Of a DNA stretch of 32,000 nucleotides, positions 27,163 to 32,000 are shown one piece after another; the stretch's first letter is position 1; each line of letters begins with the position of its first letter. Source of the DNA: Desulfobulbus propionicus DSM 2032. Its GTDB lineage: Bacteria > Desulfobacterota > Desulfobulbia > Desulfobulbales > Desulfobulbaceae. Below the pieces are notes generated by a model that saw only the letters and a program-made list of their open reading frames with translations, did not search any database and was not told the origin of the DNA. The position numbers and the translations under genes were made by a program. The DNA is taken from the NCBI RefSeq assembly GCF_000186885.1, contig NC_014972.1:3210001-3242000 (forward strand), in the 5' to 3' direction.

Positions 27163-27329
27163 GCGGATTTTTTTCTCCAGCGCCTGGCGACCACGGTCGT
27201 GGTTCCAGGACAACAGCGGTAACAACCGATTATTTTTTCACCAACTGTTCATCCGCTTTGACCACCGGCTGAGCAGATCTTTCCATTCCAACAGCAACCT
27301 TCAAGCAACAGCTCACGGGACAACCAACC

Positions 27330-27692
27330 ATGGATATTTCAAAAACCATCGAGACCATGAAAAAACGGCACGACTTCAACGATAAAGTCGGCATGATCCT
27401 CATTCACAACGGCACCGTGCGCAACTGGTCCCGAAACGGACATCAAGACGTAATCGCTCTGGAGACGACCGTACATCATGAAAAGTTAGAACAATTACGC
27501 AAAGAATACCTTGAACGGCCGGGTATTTATGACATAATAATCGAAGCCCGCTCCGGCCGGTTTCTCCCAGGAGACGATTTATTGTTTATCATCGTTGCCG
27601 GCGATATCCGAGAGCATATCAAACCGGTCTTGGCCGAGTTGCTTGACCGGATCAAGGCGGAAGCGGTCACCAAGAAAGAAATTACGCCTTAA
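27330..27692 (+). CDS. MoaE-like (molybdopterin synthase large subunit family) protein
   Basis: KVGMILIHNGTVRNWSRNGHQDVIALETTVHHEKLEQLRKEYLERPGIYDIIIEARSGRFLPGDDLLFIIVAGDIREHIKPVLAELLDRIKAEAVTKKE; (N/T)GTVRN and G.+.PGD..+.+.V...R, with two Lys spaced as in MoaE. Confidence 0.75.
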   Translation: MDISKTIETMKKRHDFNDKVGMILIHNGTVRNWSRNGHQDVIALETTVHHEKLEQLRKEYLERPGIYDIIIEARSGRFLPGDDLLFIIVAGDIREHIKPVLAELLDRIKAEAVTKKEITP

Positions 27693-27701
27693 CCACTCCT
27701 G

Positions 27702-28586
27702 TTGCCTCAGCACAAGCGGTTTGCGCCAAGGAGCCCCTTCATGCCCCCAGCCGCATCACTGATAGAAAATTTCAAAAAAATAAGAACATTACCGCATATC
27801 GTCACCCGTCTGGTTCAACTGGTCAATGATGAGGAATCGACACTGCAAGACTTTGAGGCGGTCATTCGCCTGGATCCCGCCCTGGTGGCCCGTCTGCTAA
27901 CCCTGGTGAACAGTTCCTACTTCGGGTTGGCCAGGAAGGTTGATTCCATTTCCCGGGCCGTCGCGTTGCTCGGGATGAAAAACCTCCATAATATCGCGGT
28001 CACTGACGCTATTCAGGGCATGCTTCGCAGCAGTTCCGGCACTGTCGAATTCTCGCCGCAACGCCTATGGCTCCATAGCGCCGCGTCGGGTATCTGCTGC
28101 AAGATGATTGCCGAACGCATTTTTACCATCAACGGCGATGACGCCTATCTCTGTGGTGTCTTGCACGATATTGGATTAATCGTTGAAATGGAGGTGGAAC
28201 AAGAAATCTTTTTGCAGTTAATTGAGCAATTAACCGCGGGCGGACCCGCGATTATCGAACTGGAACAGCAACTGCTCGGCACCGATCACTGTCAAATCGG
28301 CTACCTCCTTGCCCAGGAATGGCGCATCCCTGGCCCAATCGCCGAAGCAATCCGTGACCACCATCACGACAACGGTCATATCATTCCCCATTCGCCGACA
28401 GGTATCCTCCAAATGAGCGAATACATCATCCAACAGTTGAACTTCCCTGCCGTTAAGGAGGGGCTCCCCGCCAGTCTCGCCCCGGCCCTGGCGACACATA
28501 TTCAGAGCAATGTGGAAGAATACAGGGTTCTTGCGGAAGATCTCCCGGAAGAATTGGAAAAAACCGAAAAAATGTATGGTGGCTAA
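27702..28586 (+). CDS. HDOD domain protein
   Basis: [78 protein letters not shown]...[12 protein letters not shown]...[35 protein letters not shown]. Confidence 0.94.
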   Translation: MPQHKRFAPRSPFMPPAASLIENFKKIRTLPHIVTRLVQLVNDEESTLQDFEAVIRLDPALVARLLTLVNSSYFGLARKVDSISRAVALLGMKNLHNIAVTDAIQGMLRSSSGTVEFSPQRLWLHSAASGICCKMIAERIFTINGDDAYLCGVLHDIGLIVEMEVEQEIFLQLIEQLTAGGPAIIELEQQLLGTDHCQIGYLLAQEWRIPGPIAEAIRDHHHDNGHIIPHSPTGILQMSEYIIQQLNFPAVKEGLPASLAPALATHIQSNVEEYRVLAEDLPEELEKTEKMYGG

Positions 28587-28597
28587 GGAGTTCGTCC

Positions 28598-30751
28598 GTG
28601 GCGCTGACCTCTCTGTTTGCCGATCTCGTCGATCCCCTTGGTGAATTGGCCGCCTTGCTCGCGCACCTGGAACAGGAGACGGATGCCCTCTCGTTCTTCT
28701 GCCTCAATCAATCTGGACACCATGTCGCTTCTGAACATTTTCCTCTTTCTGCCCAGCAGGCGATAGCGCATATCGACGAAAACGAAAAAAAATCATCGGA
28801 GCTCATCTTCACCGTCCAAGGGCACATCTTCTCCCTCTTGGTGGTCCCGGACCTGCAAAGCTATGTGTTGGCAACCCCGCATGGCCCGGCCGCACGGGAT
28901 GCCGAATTGTGGATATCCACCATCATTCGCCTTGCGGTTCGACTGTTTCTTTCCCATCGGGAAACTGTGGAAACGATCAACAGGCTCCGTATTCAAAAGA
29001 AACAATTTGATCGGAAGTCCGCTGTGCTGGAAAAGAAATTCCAGGATATCATGGTGGAGAACGAACAAAATTACTTAAAAATACAGGAGCAGCAACGCAA
29101 CTATTCCGAAACACTGCAGGCGGAAATCAGACAGCAAACAGCTGAGTTACGTGCGGCAAAAAAGGAAGCTGAAGCCGCCAATATCGCCAAAAGCGAATTT
29201 CTGGCAGCGATGAGCCATGAGATTCGCACACCGATGAACGGCATTATTGGCTTTACCGACATGCTGCTCGATACCGGTCTGGACGAAGAGCAACAAGAAT
29301 TTGCGCAGACCATCAAACGAAGCGCCAGTGCCCTCCTGTCCCTCATCAATGACATTCTCGATTTTTCCAAGGTTGAAGCGGGCAAGCTCGACCTCGAATG
29401 CATTCCTTTTGATCCCGAAATCACGGCGCAGGATGTGTGTGACCTGGTCAGGCCCAAGGTCGCCTCCCGGCCGATAGAGGTGCTCTGCCGAATTGACGAC
29501 ACCTTGCCGGCCAACGTCATGGGTGATCCTGGACGATACCGTCAGGTTTTAGTCAATCTGATGGGTAATTCGGCCAAATTCACCAAGAAAGGCGAATTGG
29601 AGCTGGCGATAGCGGTTGATGACGAAACGGAAGAGACAATTACCCTGCACGCCCGTATTCGCGATACAGGAATCGGTATTCCCGAAGAGAAACTCGAATC
29701 CATATTCGAGGCGTTTCGCCAGGCGGATGGTTCCACGACCCGTGAATACGGGGGGACGGGCCTCGGCCTGTCCATCTGCCGCAAAATCGCCGCCCTGATG
29801 CACGGTCACGTCTGGGCGGAAAGTGAACTCGATGTCGGTAGCACCTTCCATTTCACCGCCACATTGAACAAGGCTCCCCAACAGCGAATCAAACGATTCA
29901 ACCGCGTCAGCTTGGCCAACAAGCGGGTCTTGGTCGTTGACGACAATCTGACCAACCTCAGCATCCTCCGGCATATTCTCATGGCGGCCGAACTGCATGT
30001 TGTCGCCATCCATGACAGTAGCAACGTTCGATCGGTGTTGCAGCAGGCCATCGAGAATCACGCTTTGTTTGATCTGATCATCCTGGATATTCAGATGCCT
30101 GCGCCGGATGGATACGCGCTTGCCCATATCATCCGACACGAGCTTGCGGAAACGGCTACAATCCCTTTGCTGGCTTACACCTCTTCGACAGAAAGAAACG
30201 CGCAACGGTGCAAGGAAGCGGGATTTGACGCCTTCCTCACGAAACCGACCCGACGGGAAATTCTCTTTAAAACCATCGAAAAACTTCTGGACCCCGAAGA
30301 GGTGATCGAAACTGCTCCCACCAAAGAAACCTTTATCACCCAATACAGCGTCCGCGAAGAGATAAAGCAATCGATACGAATCCTGCTTGCCGAAGACAAT
30401 CCGGTTAATCAGAAACTTGCCGTCCTCATTCTGAACAAGGCCGGTTATCAGGTTGAGGTCGCCAGCAATGGTCGCAAAGCCGTCGATCTATTTACCCGAC
30501 GCCCGGAAAATTTCGACCTGATCCTGATGGACATTCAGATGCCGGAGATGGATGGCCTGGCCGCCACCAAAGAGTTGCGAAGCAGGGGGTTCAACACGGT
30601 TCCCATCGTCGCCATGACCGCCAATGCCATGAAGGGGGATAGGGAAATCTGCCTGAAGGCAGGCATGAACGACTACATTACCAAGCCAGTGAAACGAGAA
30701 ATTATTTTTGAGATTATCGAGAAATGGCTGCATCGGGAATTGGGAAGATAG
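28598..30751 (+). CDS. Hybrid sensor histidine kinase with two C-terminal receiver domains
   Basis: GTG start with TAAGGAG upstream. [26 protein letters not shown] (HisKA), [19 protein letters not shown]...[42 protein letters not shown] (HATPase), [14 protein letters not shown]...LIILDIQMP (REC1), [14 protein letters not shown]...[13 protein letters not shown] (REC2). Confidence 0.96.
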   Translation: MALTSLFADLVDPLGELAALLAHLEQETDALSFFCLNQSGHHVASEHFPLSAQQAIAHIDENEKKSSELIFTVQGHIFSLLVVPDLQSYVLATPHGPAARDAELWISTIIRLAVRLFLSHRETVETINRLRIQKKQFDRKSAVLEKKFQDIMVENEQNYLKIQEQQRNYSETLQAEIRQQTAELRAAKKEAEAANIAKSEFLAAMSHEIRTPMNGIIGFTDMLLDTGLDEEQQEFAQTIKRSASALLSLINDILDFSKVEAGKLDLECIPFDPEITAQDVCDLVRPKVASRPIEVLCRIDDTLPANVMGDPGRYRQVLVNLMGNSAKFTKKGELELAIAVDDETEETITLHARIRDTGIGIPEEKLESIFEAFRQADGSTTREYGGTGLGLSICRKIAALMHGHVWAESELDVGSTFHFTATLNKAPQQRIKRFNRVSLANKRVLVVDDNLTNLSILRHILMAAELHVVAIHDSSNVRSVLQQAIENHALFDLIILDIQMPAPDGYALAHIIRHELAETATIPLLAYTSSTERNAQRCKEAGFDAFLTKPTRREILFKTIEKLLDPEEVIETAPTKETFITQYSVREEIKQSIRILLAEDNPVNQKLAVLILNKAGYQVEVASNGRKAVDLFTRRPENFDLILMDIQMPEMDGLAATKELRSRGFNTVPIVAMTANAMKGDREICLKAGMNDYITKPVKREIIFEIIEKWLHRELGR

Positions 30752-30765
30752 CAGGGGCGAACACA

Positions 30766-32000
30766 ATGGAGGATGCGTCTGGTTTATCATCCGCAAACGC
30801 CGCGCCGACAGCTCACATGGGCCGGCGTGGCCGTTTTCATCTGTGGGCCTTTTCGCCCGCCTCATCCAGCCGACGCGTTGATTGCTTTTTTCGCTTGTGC
30901 GCGCGCTTGCTGCTCATCATGCATCAGGAATTTATACGCACCCACCTGGCGCTTCGAGCCGCGGCCCTCACCTATTCCATCCTTCTTTCCCTTGTCCCCA
31001 TTCTGGCCTTGAGCACGTCCATTCTCAAGGGATTGGGCAACGATGAACAGCTCAAAACAACCATTGTTCGATTTATTGATCAGTGGGAACCGCCAATCCG
31101 TTCAGAAGGCGGTGGCGATATAACAGCCACCTCGCCACCCAGCGCTGATGTGACCATCACCAGCGGTGCTTCCAACGACCGGGTCCCCTCGCCGATCTCG
31201 ACCAACCTGCACCGTGCCGTTGATCTTATTTTTCAGTATGTTGACCGAACAAACTTTGCCGCGTTGGGGATTATCGGCATCATTGGCTTGATCGGGGTCA
31301 TTTTTCTCGTTCTGTCTTCGATCGAGGAGGCCATGAATGCCATCTGGCATACGCACAAAGGGCGGTCCCTATCCCGAAAGCTCATGGATTATCTGGGCCT
31401 GCTCCTCCTCCTCCCCCTCTCGCTCAATGTAGCCTTAGCCGCCGAGGCCATTCTTGCCAACGAACGTATCATGCGACAGTTGAGCATGATCATCCCCTCG
31501 GCCTGGATGGCGGCCTTGTTTTTCAAGCTGGTTCCTTTCATGTTCATCGTCCTCACCCTGATGATCATGTACCTCTTTTTTCCCCACACCAAGGTCCATT
31601 CGGGGGCGGCACTCACGGGTGCGCTGTTCGCCTCCTTCTTTTGGTTCGTTTTTCAAAAGATGTATATCACCCTGCAAATAGGAGTCGCCAATTACAACGC
31701 GATCTACGGCTCCTTTGCCTCCATTCCGCTCTTCCTGATCTGGCTGCAAATTGGCTGGACATTTATCCTGCTTGGCGCTTCCCTTGCCTATGCGATCCAA
31801 CACCAACATCACTATCGCTTTTCGATTAGTCCCGCCTCGCCGCAAAAACAGCTGCAATTGGCCTTTGACATTCTGCACCTTGTCTACAAAAATTTCGACA
31901 ATCGCCACCCCACCTCCATCGCCGCATTGGAAAACAATCTTCCCGGAAACACCGGCCCGGACATTCAGAAGGTGATTTCACTTCTCGTGCAAGGTGGTTT
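30766..32000 (+). CDS. YihY/virulence factor BrkB family membrane protein (3' truncated by window edge)
   Basis: Own translation of the open frame to the window end: LALRAAALTYSILLSLVPILALSTSILKGLG...IFLVLSSIEEAMNAIWHTHKGRSLSRKLMDYLGLLLLLP...LFFKLVPFMFIVLTLMIMYLFFPHTKVHSGAALTGALFASFFWFVFQKMYI...NYNAIYGSFASIPLFLIWLQIGWTFILLGASLAYAIQ. Confidence 0.88.
   Translation, partial: MEDASGLSSANAAPTAHMGRRGRFHLWAFSPASSSRRVDCFFRLCARLLLIMHQEFIRTHLALRAAALTYSILLSLVPILALSTSILKGLGNDEQLKTTIVRFIDQWEPPIRSEGGGDITATSPPSADVTITSGASNDRVPSPISTNLHRAVDLIFQYVDRTNFAALGIIGIIGLIGVIFLVLSSIEEAMNAIWHTHKGRSLSRKLMDYLGLLLLLPLSLNVALAAEAILANERIMRQLSMIIPSAWMAALFFKLVPFMFIVLTLMIMYLFFPHTKVHSGAALTGALFASFFWFVFQKMYITLQIGVANYNAIYGSFASIPLFLIWLQIGWTFILLGASLAYAIQHQHHYRFSISPASPQKQLQLAFDILHLVYKNFDNRHPTSIAALENNLPGNTGPDIQKVISLLVQGG

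Noticed and set aside
1-32000. Search by eye for CRISPR arrays, transposase/integrase genes, tRNA genes, retron/toxin-antitoxin/defence modules
   Set aside because: No regularly spaced repeats, no recombinase-like proteins, no cloverleaf-like segments with a TpsiC motif in the gaps, and no defence-type domains. The window looks like ordinary core genome.

Overview
The window is a dense, mostly housekeeping stretch of a bacterial chromosome. Gene content (futalosine-pathway menaquinone genes, MucR and FmdB proteins, RemA/DUF370, RNase Y) suggests a Desulfobulbales/deltaproteobacterial-type genome, but that is inference. I find no CRISPR array, transposon, prophage or recognisable defence island. 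Supported genes in order: bpt-like (partial), a mobA::gdhA fused ORF, mqnD, mqnB, queA, fmdB-like, mucR-like, murI, lolA, phosphodiesterase, S1-domain protein, rlmB, gmk, remA-like, yicC, hldE kinase domain (rfaE1), ompH/skp, pal, glgP, a conserved hypothetical plus radical SAM protein pair, dus, fur/perR-like, tyrS, rny, a 6S-like structured RNA locus, zapA, zapB-like, NUDIX, SLT transglycosylase, moaE-like, HDOD protein, hybrid histidine kinase, and yihY/brkB (partial). Items most worth a second look are: (1) the single open frame joining a MobA-type Mo-cofactor guanylyltransferase domain to a complete NADP-type glutamate dehydrogenase; (2) an uncharacterised radical SAM protein with an extra Cys cluster, paired with a small conserved-looking helical protein behind a structured 333-nt leader; (3) mutually exclusive hairpins in the region upstream of rny; (4) a 6S-like RNA next to zapA; (5) a PerR-box-like site in front of the Fur/PerR-family gene.
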